From Gnetum montanum (Eukaryota > Plantae > Gnetophyta): a DNA stretch of 64,000 bases. Shown here piece after piece: positions 13,324 through 26,520 of this stretch (positions are counted from its first letter, which is position 1; each line of letters starts with the position of its first letter). A program made the position numbers and the translations under genes. Under the pieces are notes generated by a model. That model was not told the origin of the DNA. It saw only the letters and a program-made list of their open reading frames with translations, and did no database searches. The stretch lies in NCBI GenBank assembly GCA_015680685.1, contig MNCI01000527.1:429588-493587 (forward strand), written 5' to 3'.

Positions 13324-13474
13324 TTATTGACTCCCATGTGATCTCACAGACTCTGTAACAGATGCTGCAGGACTGTTGGGTTCCCTATCACCATTAATGC
13401 TTCTTCCTTGTCCAGATAATTTTAGAACAGCTTGATAAGCAGCATCAGCAAACCATTCATCATCATTCAGCACA
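13324..13474 (-). CDS. EXO84: EXO84 exon 7 (terminal coding exon, TAA stop)
   Basis: (S)VLNDDEWFADAAYQAVLKLSG...GDREPNSPAASVTESVRSHGSQ*, the characteristic EXO84B C-terminus. ttgcag acceptor at 13476-13475. The phase completes the AG+T Ser codon from exon 6. Confidence 0.93.
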
Positions 13475-14204
13475 CTGCAATTTTTCATCGGTGATTTACA
13501 AAAACTGTTAATTATTCTCAACACCAAAATAAAATAAAACAAAAAGGAAAATAACCTTAAACTCTAGCATAAATGGAAACAATCAAGGAATCACTAAAAA
13601 CAGAAAAAGCTGTGCATTACGTGTAATCCCTTCAGAATACATTTTTGAAAATATTTCACATGCAAGAAAACTTCAATCAATAAAGATAACAATGCACTGC
13701 CAAAAAGCTATTTCATTCATTTTCACCCTTACAACAAATGTAATTAATGAAATTGAGTAGCAAAAACAGAATTTCAACCAATCAACCTGGTTTCCGACTA
13801 ACTTGCATAAAAAAATATTATCTTAAATATCAAAAATTAAGGAGCGTAACAGCATTCACAACTCCCTTAAACACAACTACAATAACATATGTTTCATAAG
13901 GTTCACAAACACAGTACCGTGTGTATACAAATTTACGACATGTCCTTTCTGAAAATGCATAGTTTAAAATAGAACAAAACAACGATGGGTCAGAGATCAT
14001 CGCTATAGCCTATAGCTGCAAAGTTCAATCTCCACCAACATCAGCTTCTAAAATGTATTTAAAATTAAATAAAAATAAAAATAAAACAAGTCTTATTACT
14101 ATTGTATCAAAAAACCAACCTCTTTTTTGAATAACAGGTTCAGAAAAAGAGACACAGAGAAACATTTATGAGAAACTGAGTGTCTTCATCCAATAATCAA
14201 ATAA

Positions 14205-15520
14205 TAATGATCGTCATCATCCAAACATTGCCTTAACAAGTGTTCCCAAACTCAGACTCAGCAGTGAATCCTAACTACATGGGATCAGCTGTATGCATTT
14301 TTATTTTTATTTTTATTTTTTTTTGTCATTCACTTCTATTAATAATCAAAGTAACATTAATACCCAAATCTTGGAAATCTATTTATTCTTGCAAACCAAG
14401 TATGCTTTAGTCTACCTTCTTGTTTCCTCTCGTTTTTAATAAAACATCTTCTCCTAATAAGTACACTCTCTGGTCTTCTCAGCACATGACTAAACCATTT
14501 AAGACAAGTTTTCTTAATCTTTTTATGTATAGACACTGCCACCAAACTTTCCCTAATCAATCTTCATTATAATATGCATCTCTACCATATGCATGGGTTG
14601 AGTCTGATACTTTTTTGATAGGTCAGCAATCTGCACTATAAAAGGTTGTATGTCTTGATAACAATTTTGAAAAACTTTCCTTTCAACCTAGCAAAGATCC
14701 TTCTAGTACAAAACAAACCACTAGCTTCTCGTTAATTCAACCATCCTGGTTCAATTCTATTTGTCATGTCATTATTATTTCTCACCATCCATTTGAACAT
14801 CTCAATATCTAAATCGTTTGCCATTTAAGCATCTCAATATCTAAATCATTTGCTTTGGGTAACTTCTTTGTTTTGAATTCTAAACTTAATATCTTCATTA
14901 ATCACTTTTCTACTATAAATGGCCTCCATGTATTCCGTTTTACTACTACTAATCCCCAAACTCTTTGATTTTAGGGTAGCTCTCTAAGTCTGCATTACCA
15001 TAACCAAGGGTTCCTTGGATTTATCCATCAATACAGTATCATCTACAATAGCATATGCCAAAGGATAGCATCTTATATATCTTTAATCAAATCATCCATG
15101 ATAATAGCAAACAAAAAAGGGCTTAGAGTAAATCCTTGGTGTAGCCCTACCTTTATAGGGAAGTCTGTAATGCAAACTCAAGTTGCCACTTCATCATACA
15201 TGTCTTGAATGACCTTTATGTACCCAATAAAAATATCTTCTTTTCTAACACACAAAATAATCTCTTTTGGAACTCTATCACGAGCTTTCTCCAAATGAAT
15301 AAAAATCCAATTCCGTTTTTAACATCTAATTTTCTCCATCAGCTGTCTTTGCAAGAATATAGCTTTCATAGGTCTCCTACAAATAAAATCAAATTGACTC
15401 TCAAAAATGGTTGTTATATAACTCTTTCTCATAACTTCATGGTGTGATTCCTAGGCTTGATGTTCCTATAGTTCTCATAATTTTGAATGTCTTCAGCATT
15501 TGTAGATGAGTACTACACTG
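14205..15520 (-). mobile_element. Degenerate 5'-truncated RTE-clade LINE
   Basis: VGLHQGFTLSPFLFAIIMDDLIKDI, LKWFSHVLRRPES and EGRLKHTW. Eroded (GAT)n-type tail near 14205-14222. Confidence 0.82.
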
Positions 15521-16319
15521 CTTCATGTAGATAATAAAGATATAAAAAAAGACTGTAATGTCCATAATTATCTTCAAAAAATGCAAGATGAAATATCCAA
15601 TTTATAATCATACCATTTAATCAAGTTTCAAATGTTTTTCTTTTTTAATAGATAAAAAAGTTTTATTAATTAAAAAATAAGATTTAGTCCAATCAGAATT
15701 GCCTTGGGATCTGCAACTTTTTCATGGTTTCCACCTCTGATTATTCAGAATAAAATTTGTTCCATCTTCATTATCCCAACATATTTCTGCTAACCTACTG
15801 CTTACCATCGTATGAATGAAGTTTGTGAAGGGAAATTTTTCCTTAATACCGCCAACCATTTGCACAGGTGGTTAGAAATACCAGCTTTGAAATTTTCCTT
15901 TGGGTAAACATTCAATTTTTTTTGGATATTGCCATAAATTAACAAATTGCTTCAGTGTCTAACAGTAGCATATCTCCTAGAAAGAAAATGCAATGATGAT
16001 TTTTTAAAAAAAATTAATTTATTAGTCAAGTTTTATTTTATACAATCTATCTCTTTACAGCATTTTTCAGTAAAGCCCCGTACAACATACCCAATAGAAT
16101 CATTGGTGAAAATCTCTCTTCGATTTCCTTCTTCTTTTTTACATTTGTTTCCAATAGCATTTAGAGTGTTTCTACTCATAATTTTGTGCAGCAGATTTGC
16201 TCACTGCTAACCTTTCCAATCAAAAGATTCTGGATCAGGGATCATCTGAAATTGTGGGGAATTGTATAGCTATAAAAATCAAAATTAGATATTTTTAAGA
16301 TCCTGTGATTCTGCTATTT

Positions 16320-16480
16320 AGGGACCACCACTTGGAATAATGGTAAGGTGCTTGTTTATCAAGTAGTAAGACATAGGTTTGAGACTAGGTGCAGCCACTT
16401 GAAAGAGGTTAGGCTTTCACTCATCCACTGCCCTCCCAGGACCCCACCTTGGTGGGATGAGCATTGAGTCTCTGGGTGAT
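16320..16480 (+). mobile_element. Au-like tRNA-derived SINE with a 21-bp TSD
   Basis: Eroded A and B boxes. 3' core ccctcccaggaccccaccttggtggga...ctgggt resembles Au SINE. Flanked by gatcctgtgattctgc(t/c)attt at 16299-16319 and 16481-16501. Confidence 0.78.
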
Positions 16481-16524
16481 GATCCTGTGATTCTGCCATT
16501 TCCAAAATGGTTGGAATCACCTAA

Positions 16525-16680
16525 AAGGCCAGAAAGCCACCAAAACGAAGACCAAAAAAAGACATGGGAAAAACTATTGAAGATGATGTAAAGTAATTGC
16601 AAATAAACAAAGAACTAGTTCTTCATAAAGGCGAACAGCAAATAAGAATTCATGTAGCCAACCTGAAAAGCTAGCATCTC
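16525..16680 (+). mobile_element. RTE LINE C-terminal fragment
   Basis: Across a frameshift reads RRPKKTW..IEDDVK*LQINKELVLHKGEQQIRIHVANL, the RTE terminal motif RPKKTW...RIHVADP. Confidence 0.65.
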
Positions 16681-16887
16681 CTTGAATCACAATTCCTTTA
16701 GAATCATGATTCTGGCCCAATCCAAAGCAACATGCACAGAATCAGCAATCCGGAATCATCCAAAATGCAATTTTGATCTCCAAAATTAGTTTGGTTCCAA
16801 CAAGTGGAATCAAGGAAAAAAAATCTTTCTGCTTCTCAAGCTATTTTAACCTACATCAAATATCTATAAAACTGCATTCTGTCAATG

Positions 16888-17095
16888 TTAGTATCTGCTA
16901 TATTAGAATTTTCATTCATATTCCACATCATGATCTGTGTTTTATTGGTTTTAGTTCATTTTGTTGGGACGAGGCTAGGTCTATCATTTTTAGTATCTGC
17001 TATATTAGAATTTTCATTCATATTCCACATCACAATCTGTGTTTTATTGGTTTTAGTTCATTTTGTTGAGACAAAGTTAAGATGATGATGATGAT
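16888..17095 (+). repeat. 102-bp tandem duplication ending in a (GAT)n tail, probably an RTE/SINE 3' end
   Basis: ttagtatctgctatattagaattttc... begins at both 16888 and 16990. The second copy ends in gatgatgatgatgat. Confidence 0.8.
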
Positions 17096-18934
17096 AAGTT
17101 CACATCCCTAAACATTTGCAAAACCTCTGTAATTTCAGTAACATAGCCTCTAATCTCTTGCTTGATCTCAGATTAAGACTACATAATATACCAATGATAT
17201 AAGGTTCACATATAGCTCACCTATTTTCACGGCATAGTCATTAGACAACATTTGCATCCATTCCAATAATTAATCTGTAAAAATGCCGAAGAATGTAGAT
17301 GATAGGCAATCTTGTTTTAAATCAATATTACGGTTAAATTGAAAGTGATTGTCGCATTTCTACCTTGCAGTTCTATTATTACTAAACTTTAATTTTGCTT
17401 CATCGCTGCTAGCTTTATACAAATCAATGCTAAAACATAACATTGCAAATGGGTAAAATTTAAAGACTTCACATTAAAATATTCTCCCAACTAAAAAGAA
17501 ATTGATTCATCGACAACAAGCTATAAGAAATGTATGTTTTAAAGATCCAACCTTCGAGAAAGGTATCCTGTCATAATATATATTGTGTCAATTTTGAAAA
17601 ACCTGCAACATACATATTTCTAGAACTTCTCCAATTATATGATAGCCTCACAACAATATTGGTTAATCTTCTTGCCAAAATACTCGAGCAGCTTCACTTA
17701 GAATAACCACTGACATAAGTATCCTCAAGCAAATTCCCTTCAAATAACCACTTACGTACTCATGTTGCAATTTTCAATGAAATTGACTGTTTTGTGGAAA
17801 ATATTGAATGGTTTGAAATGCTTTCTCAAAATTGACAGAAAATTGGTTCAGATCATTAGGTTTCAAACAAAAACAAAAAAGAACAAAACACTTTATACAA
17901 TTTATTTAATGAAATACTGACAAGAGATAAAATATTACTGAGATATATATTTATTGAGTCAACCTATCGATATTGTTAATCCCTCTACACTTATAACCAC
18001 CTAGGCTTCATTTTTGTACTTTGGTTTGGTCTTCTGTAGCCTTGTAGCTGGCTCACTGAACAGAATAGGCATTAAACAAGAAAGTTGTAGTCCTTATTGC
18101 GTTGCCAGGTCTTTATTGGTTTCCCAGTTTTCTGATTGTGGTAGGACACATGGAATTTATACAACTCACTGGATTCACTAACTGAATTGATTTCTTCATA
18201 TGTGCAAGGCATTTTATAGCTCTGGAACCTCAAATGCAGTTGGAAGAAAATGAAAATAATGACCCGACACGACAAAGAATAGCACAGGCCAAAGAAGAAT
18301 CGACCAATAAAAATGTTGAAACAAAAAAATAAATGCAACTATAGAACACTCACTACAGAAGGACACAGCTGCAATGCGCAAAACACCAAGGTAGTAAATG
18401 CAGCCTATGGTACACTGTTTTTGTTGTCAAACCCAAATGCTCCAAAAGAAGAGGAAGTTAAAAGATCAAACCAAAGAACAACTGAAACAATGAGTCAGCT
18501 AAACTTCTAGTACAGGACATTGTATGGCTGTTTGCACTCAAAAATAAAAGTTGCAGCCTGCTTTCCAATATCGTACAAAAAAACTGTACGGATGTAGTGC
18601 ACTTGAAGTTAAAAGTTGCAGACTGCTTTCCAATAAAATGTGAACCACAACTTGCAACACACACTTAAATACACTGACAGTGTAAATTGACTCAAACCAT
18701 AAACAGGAGTTTCAATTAGAAGAATATTCGTTTGCACTGAAAGGATTTTTTAAAAAGCAAAAATCTTTGCTGCCCATCTAAATAAACTCTCAAGCCCTTA
18801 TCCTATGAGACAATTATATGGATTATATCTTTAAAATAAAAGTAAAAAATGAGAAAGTAATTTGATTTAGCTCTATGAACTTGAACTACAGAATGCTCCC
18901 TAGAAATGATACAAAGGAATTCAATATTGAGTTT

Positions 18935-19085
18935 AAATATCATCATTATCCAAGCCTTATCCCAACAATATAAGGTCAGCTACATGAGTTTTCTTTCCGC
19001 ATTTTCCTCTGTCAAGAGCTAAAGCTTAATCTATTTGCAATTTTTCATATCAACCATAATTGTTTCTTGGCATGTCTCTTTCTTT
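18935..19085 (-). mobile_element. RTE LINE 3'-end fragment
   Basis: Minus strand reads ...catgtagctgacc...ttgggataaggcttggataatgatgat, a typical plant RTE terminus. Confidence 0.65.
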
Positions 19086-21419
19086 AAAAAAAGAAAAAGA
19101 AATCTTCCTTTCAGTAGGTTTCCTGAAATTATAATGTGCCAATCTTTTTAAGAGGTTCATTACCTGATCATACTCAGATGATGGTTTTTAAGATTTGTAG
19201 TTTTTGAAAATTACAAAACTTTGAACATCGAGCTTATTCTGTATTTTTTGTCCATCATATATATTATTTTGTAAGATCAGGAAACTCAGAGTTAGCTATA
19301 TTCCAACACCAACGCAGACACTTATGGAAACAGATACACATAACATGGAAAAGATTGGAGCAAAATAAGCAAAAATAGCAAGCTTAAAACATAACAAAAC
19401 AGAGATATGGCATGCTATATCCTATTTTTGGTCAATTCTAAAGAGAAAAAATGCAAAACACGTATGTTGTTTCCCCAGCTCAAAGAAACAGACCAAAAGC
19501 CTCACATTTTAGCTCTGAATTCTTTCCTCAGCCTCTTCATCATTATAAATTGTTTACCATATTTAGAGTTGATGGTACACCTCAATAACAGTTAATTTTA
19601 TAATAGTCAATCAATTTTTAAAGTTTCTTAGCAAACTGAAGCTTAAAATATCATTTAAAAAAAAAGCAAAACCAATTAGCAAAGCAAGATATTTAAGAAG
19701 GTAAGAGGTATTCAAGTTTGAGAGAAATTATGAAGTAGCAACTATTAATTATGAAGTAGAGCCCTTTGATCGGTTGCAAAATGCATTAGGAAAAATTAAT
19801 ACGCAATCAAGAAATGATGTCTCTATGGTGACATCAAGGTAATTTGGTAAGCAGCAAGCTCTCTCGGGGCAGGACCAGCAGACCAGGTTCCTCTAACATA
19901 TCAGGTAATGGTGGTCTCTGATCCACTACAGCCTCTTTTAGGCCTATGGCAGCTGAGACGTGAAAATATTATAGGGCTTCTCAAGCTGCACAAGAACAAG
20001 CCAGCCAAACTAGGCATGCACAATGAGGCAACGGGTCTGAGGAGGGCCCAAACAATGGCTAAATTGAGGGTTTTAAGTTCAGAGGATCTCAGATTGCAAG
20101 TACCCTTAGGTGGTCATTTGCTAAGGTTGTGGTGGGTGCACAAGCTCAGGGAAAAGCTGGCAACTCCACATCTCCTTCCATGGAGGAGGATGCATTTACG
20201 GAGGTCAAGGAGAACTTTCTCACTGAAAAATCTAAGGAAAATACAAGTATCATAATCCTGGAAAGGATTGGTAACACCTATCGGTAGGACGCAAGAGTCA
20301 ACACTCAGAGCCCCCAACAAGCTGGCTGAAAATGCAAGGGTAAACTTTTTTTTTCCCAAACAATTGATTAATTGTCAAAAATTCAACTTGCCTATAGCCC
20401 AGCATAGACAACTATCAATTAAAATAAAACATAGCAAAGAAAATTATATGATGCAAAGAATCGCCCAAGGATCTAGCAGGAAGATAATGCCAATATGACG
20501 ATTAACATTTCTTAATACACTATGCATCCAAGGTGTAGTACAAAAGTGAAAATATCTAAAACTTAAAATCATCCAAAGCTATCTAGCTTAGCAAAAAGGC
20601 TAATTAATTCAATTCCTTCACTTAGTAATCTTACATTATGCATAACCAAAATGCAATAAGTCATAAGTCAAACTCAAGGAAAGGGAAAACATAATATTCA
20701 TGTACCTGGAAAACTGCAAATTGAAATACAAAATAATATAACAATTTCTACATTTATTCATAATATCATTGCCAATGACACAATATTTAGGGTTCAACAA
20801 GAAAGAAAAATCAGAAACTAGATTGTGCACATTAATAAACTTGTTCACATAGCTAGGTAGCAAGCACAAAAATCTTATGAAATAGTAGTTTACAAATTAA
20901 ATTATTGAAACTCTCAACAAAAGAATGAAAAACAACTACATGTAGCATCAATCAACAAACCATAATGAACAATCAATTTTTTTGGTTCAACCATTGCTGA
21001 TAAAAAATGAAAACCAAATAGTGACAACAAAAATCTATGCAAGATTCCCTTGATATAATGTACAGATCTGATTTTTTTTCTTTATTTACCAATCAGATTC
21101 TGATTTTTCTCAGACTATAATAATAAATCAGATGTTGTTCATCCAGAGATTTGTCTAACCCTACAGTTGGCCACAAGAAATGAAGAAATCCCTAATATCA
21201 CACCCTTTCAATTGCACAATAATACTATTTTATTTTCTTCCAGCGACCCTGCGAATAAAAATCATTTCAATAACTTTTCTAAACTGAAATAATAAATTGC
21301 ACACTGCTAACATGTAATCAAACTATCTAATTTACCAACAATAGAGAATAGAGAAATCACCTACATTTAACAGCCATGATTTAACATCACTAACATTTAT
21401 TAACCATAAATTAACATCC

Positions 21420-21900
21420 TAGATTTCCCCTACTCCACTGGACCCATAGAAAGATAACAAAAGCAGACTTGAGAATGTACACAGACAAAAATCAAAATTC
21501 AATCCAAGGATTAAGCATTCAAGGGGATCAACAAGCCAATTTTCCAGCCAAGAACCAACAATTCAACAATTCTGTAAGTTTCAGAAAATCACAAAATAGA
21601 CATAGGCCCAAGGATACTTTCCCTTTCTACCCACAGTACCAATCCTTGTATAAGAGATCCTTGACCCCTGTTAGCAAATTGTTATGCCAGTATCCCTGAA
21701 ATCATTATGGGTATTACTGAATCGTAATGGAAACAACTCTCATCCACATCATTTAGGCTTGAGAGTATAGAGGACAGGTGGAGAGATCCATCAACAAAAT
21801 TAAGGATTCAACAATCCAAAATCTCAACAACAAATCTTGTCAAAATTGATTTTAACATAAAATGATATTCAAGGGAAAGAAAGGAGGAGCTGAGATATTG
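21420..21900 (-). mobile_element. Possible L1 ORF1 (DUF4283-like) remnant
   Basis: Weak motif resemblance only: WFLAGKLAC*SP*, followed by an eroded VWV.F..LPL-like segment. Confidence 0.3.
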
Positions 21901-22699
21901 AGATTATCAGCCAACATTGTCCATCACACATAGCAAGAAAAGGATTCATCTTACCTTCTTGCTTAGATTTCTTGCTTACCAAGAATAATTAATGACAATA
22001 TTGGACTGCTGCTCAGCTCAAATTTCCCTTTTATTTATTGTCTTCTATAACAGCCACAATCTTCCCTAGTCACTATTCTTTTTTCCCAGCGACAACCTTC
22101 TCATGTTGGTGTTCAATTGTTATTTCAGCCACAATATTCTTTTATTGTTGGTCTTCTTCTCTTTTAGCCATCATCTACTTCTTGTTGTTGTTCATTTGTT
22201 GCTTCAGCTATAATCTCTATTATTGTTGTTCATCTTCTTGTTCAACCATAATCAACTTTTTATTGTTCTAGCTACAGTCTCCTTTTGTTGCTATTCATTT
22301 CCAGCCACCTCATGATTGAGCTCTCCTTTCTCTCATATACACACTCGTGATATCCGAAACATATATGAACAAACACCAAAGCAAGATACTCATACTGTGA
22401 TATATATATAGTTCACATAGAAACATTCTAATCAGTTTAGGAAACCATTTCAAAGCACTAGGCCATGCAACACATAAAAAATAAAAGCATAGTAACAACC
22501 TCATAAATAATACAACATTTCATCTTCATTTCAACTTAGCATTCCTTTTGTTTCAAAATTGAAGTCACCCCATGATCATTGCATCATGGAACATTGGCAA
22601 CCTCACGATGCCCAAAAGAATCAAGGCAATATTGAACATTGTGCACACACAAGGGGTAAATGTTATCTATTTGCAGGAAATGAAATGGGGCTTGATCAG

Positions 22700-23965
22700 T
22701 CATCCAATGGCATTTTGTACATCCATTGTAAGCCTGGACTCAAAAAGTATTTCACATGTCTTGTGTTCATAGTTCTAGTGTGTGCAATTGAGCTTTATAC
22801 CTCCCAAGTTTGCAACCTTGCCTCTTATGTCATACTTCAAGGTTTTGTGCATGTTTTGGGTTCCTTAGGATGTTTTTGGCTTTGTTCAAGCATCCTAGGA
22901 ACCAACCTTGCCTCCTATGTCATACTTCAAGGTTTTGTGCATGTTTTGGGTTCCTTAGGATGTTTTTGGCTTTGCTCAAGCATCCTAGGACCCTAGGACC
23001 CTATCAACATTTTCTCTGGTGTTCCAACTTTCATCCAGACCTAGTGACAAGTAGTGACATTTAGAAAGAGAGAGACAGAGAGAGAGAGAGGGTGGGAGGG
23101 AAAGGTACATTGACACACACCGTGCACCCCCCAGCCCCCACCAAGCCAAGTTTGGCCACTTCGCCCACAATGTGAATCCGGTTGGCCTAGGCTATATTAA
23201 CATACCTCCGTTGACACCTAGGTGCTAGCAAACATCTATTGTTATCTCACAAAAACTATAAAAACTTGGGATAAGCTCTCACACAAAACAATTCATATTT
23301 AGACATTTTCATTTGGCTTTTGGTGTTTGGTTGTGTGAAGAGTTCTTCCTCCCTTAGGTAAGTTGATTTCCTTCATGTCTTATGTGTGTATTTTGACTCA
23401 TCGCTTTCACAAGTGCAACTAGACTCTAACAAAGTACTACCTTACTTACATAGCCTGAAACCATTTGCTCAATATAAAGTCCAGTGTTTGCAAGGTGAAT
23501 AAAGCTCATGGTTTTCCCTTTGTTCTACATTTGATGCCTTGAACATTAAAATACTAAAAATATTTATTTCATTTACGTTTCATGGAGTTGCAACAATGCA
23601 TCCTTATCAATGGAGGTCACAACTATACACCATGGTGTTGAAGAGTTAAGGTTGTGACTAAGAGTCATTTGGTGCTTTCTATGTGTAGTGTTGCACTTGT
23701 CTCATAAGGAATTGCAACATGTGTGAGTGATTGTCAACATTGTGCCTATCCCCACGAGGGATTGTAATGTGTGAGTGTTTATTGTTGTTTTATTCTTATA
23801 TTCATAAAATCCATGAAAATTATAAATATTATCTCTATTGCCCACCATGGCAACATGGGTTTTCCATTGTATGATATGTATTATAATCTCTTTTATATTT
23901 ATTGAATGCAATAATACACATGATTATTCTTGGCAATCCACTCAACATTGTCTTCAAAACTTATG
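22700..23965. mobile_element. About 1.27-kb insertion in the L1 endonuclease, probable solo LTR
   Basis: L1 homology stops after LQEMKWGLI and resumes at about 23970. tgatcag is repeated at 22693-22699 and 23964-23970. Non-coding, with a TATA-like ctataaaa at about 23256. Termini eroded. Confidence 0.5.
22813..22992. repeat. 90-bp tandem duplication
   Basis: caaccttgcctc(t/c)tatgtcatacttcaagg...catcctagga begins at 22813 and 22903, near-identical. Confidence 0.92.
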
Positions 23966-25507
23966 ATCAGATCGCACCACATTCTGTACAATAAATCCCA
24001 CTAGTCATAGCTGGTGGGACCCCTATCAAAGCTCATCACCTACCTCACTAGGTCAAGGTCAGAATGTTTTCTTGACCCCATGCTCATCTCAGTTCTTAGG
24101 CTAGGTGATTTGTTGGTGATCCTTGATAATAGTTATGGAGTGTTTGGTGGATTCCACCTACATCCCACTTCATTGGAAACAAATTTGTATTGTATGTATT
24201 CATGTTCCCTCTCACTTGCAACAGTGGTCCAAGTTTCAACAAGCATTAGCGGCACATGTCCACAACACAAAACAAATACTTATTATCAATGATGCCAATG
24301 TGGTTGCCTCCCCTTTTGAACAAGAATCTGGCCTTCTTTCAAGAATCCACATTCAAGGGATTGTGTTAATGGTGGAGATACCCTTTGCACATGGAGGGCT
24401 TACATGTGTGAACTCAAATGCCCGACGTGTGAACACATGCAACAAGAATGGACATGTGTTGCTTACCATCACAAATTCTTCTACGAGTCCCTCTAACTTC
24501 TTTGTCCCTTTTAATACACAAACACAGGCATCTTCACTATACACTCACCTACAATCTTCTAGAGGTTCATGATCTATTACAATCTATCAATAATTCTAAT
24601 GTTCTTGATGCTAATTATCATGTTCTTCAAGACCAACTAAAGAACCTCTTGCTCATTAAGGAATACTAGAGACAATATTGTCAAGTCTAGTGCCCTCTAC
24701 AAGGTGATTGTGATACCATGTTCTTTCAATTCACAACTTCATGTAGAAATAGGACTCTTTAGCAAATTTCAATTTCTCACAATTTAGATGACCTTTGAAT
24801 GGAGAAAGCATACATTCAATGTTTGTTTACTCCTATTAATTGTGACGTATTTTTAATCCCTGATATGCTTGCTCACCACCAAGAAGTTCCAACAAGTCCC
24901 CAATTCTCCCACTCGCTCACATAAGAGGAGCTCCATTTGGTGGTGGAATCCACAAGTAAAAACAAAAGCCCCAAGTCCAGATGGCTAGACAAATGAATTT
25001 TCTAGCTTTATACTAGACTTCATTGCCCTCACCATGCTACATACTTTTGCTTGTATTGTGGAATTTGGCATTTTCCGAAAAGTTTGGAACATTGCAAACC
25101 CAAAAAGAAATTGTACATGGCCTGGAATATTGCAAGCCCATCAACCTATTATCTATTCTCTACCAATTCTGTGCCAAGAGTTTGGTGTATCATCTCAATA
25201 ACTTCCTTCCCTCCGTCCTTCCGTCATCAATTGCACCAAATCCGGATTCATACAAGGACAGAATATCAAGGACAGGATCATCACCACTCATGTGAATCTT
25301 CACGGGCTAAAACACTCCCCCACAAAGGCTATGATGGTCAAGATCAACCTTGCTAAGGCTTATGACAATGTGTCCTGAGAAGCACTACTTCATATCATGG
25401 CCAACCTCAGCTTATTGCAACAGTGGATGTCACTCATCAAGTTCATCTTCAAAACAACTTGATGTGGTTCAAATTCTACAGGAATGCTCAGATTGGTATC
25501 AAGGTGG

Positions 25508-26093
25508 TGTTATAATCAGATCTGAAAACAATTAGATCTGAAAACACACTACAAATGCTCTAGAGAAATTATTAAAAAACCCTACAGATCTGAATAAATC
25601 ATTAGAGGCAAAATATTGCACTGTAAGAAACACTATAAACCACTCTCAAAACATTCCAAACTCTAGCAAACATTTGCTGTGATAACAGAATGAAAGCAGA
25701 ATGAAAACAGTAAAAAGGAAATAGCACAAGAACACAGAGAGTTACGTGGTTCGGGCCCCTTTTACCCTACTTCCACAACAATGCTGATCTGCCTTCTATT
25801 CTTCTCAAATTTTCAGGACACAAGCCGTCCTTGCAACTTTTCAAACACACAATCTGTTAATGAAGCAAATCTTAGATTAACACCAACAAGACTTACGTCT
25901 CCAAGGTAAAACCTTGATACAATGCTTTCACTTTGACGCACACACGAAAAGGCTACCCCAAGCCTTCTATTTATGAAGAAACATGAAGACCAAACCCCAA
26001 TCCTAATACATGTGGGATAAAACACATCCCCACATCAAATGCAACATAAAAGGAAATACAACAATTAATGTATTTGTCTTCATTTTTCCAACA
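25508..26093. mobile_element. Solo LTR (586 bp, Copia-type) with perfect GGTGG TSD
   Basis: TGTT...AACA termini. GGTGG at 25503-25507 and 26094-26098. Contains the ttacgtggttcgg motif common in Copia LTRs. No internal domain. Confidence 0.88.
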
Positions 26094-26103
26094 GGTGGGA
26101 GGG

Positions 26104-26520
26104 TGTTGAAATTTGATGCTAGAGGATCATATGAAGGGAAACAAATAAGCTACAAGTAAAACAATTTGAACAGAACTTAAAATCTGTATAATAATTGAAA
26201 CAATTTTCAGTAATAATTTTGTATCTTCAAATTTTGCTGGTGTACTTTCATGACCTTTTGGTCATATCAGTTGTTTCAAATGACAACTAACTGACTTACT
26301 TTCTTACACCTTTTCACACACTTAGGACTGACTCAACAACATTTAAAATAAAAACAAAGAGCCACAACTCACTCTTACTTGACATGGCTTCTCACTCTTC
26401 ACGAATTCATAAGGATTATACTTAACAGGCCTTACAAAAAAATGACAGGACTTCCAAATTTAACACAATACTTACGACTGACTTATGTTTCATTCATAAA
26501 GTATGAATTACACTCTAACA
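26104..26520 (-). repeat. Copia 3' LTR
   Basis: tgttgaaatttgat...ctctaaca, homologous to 31203-31613. Confidence 0.9.
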
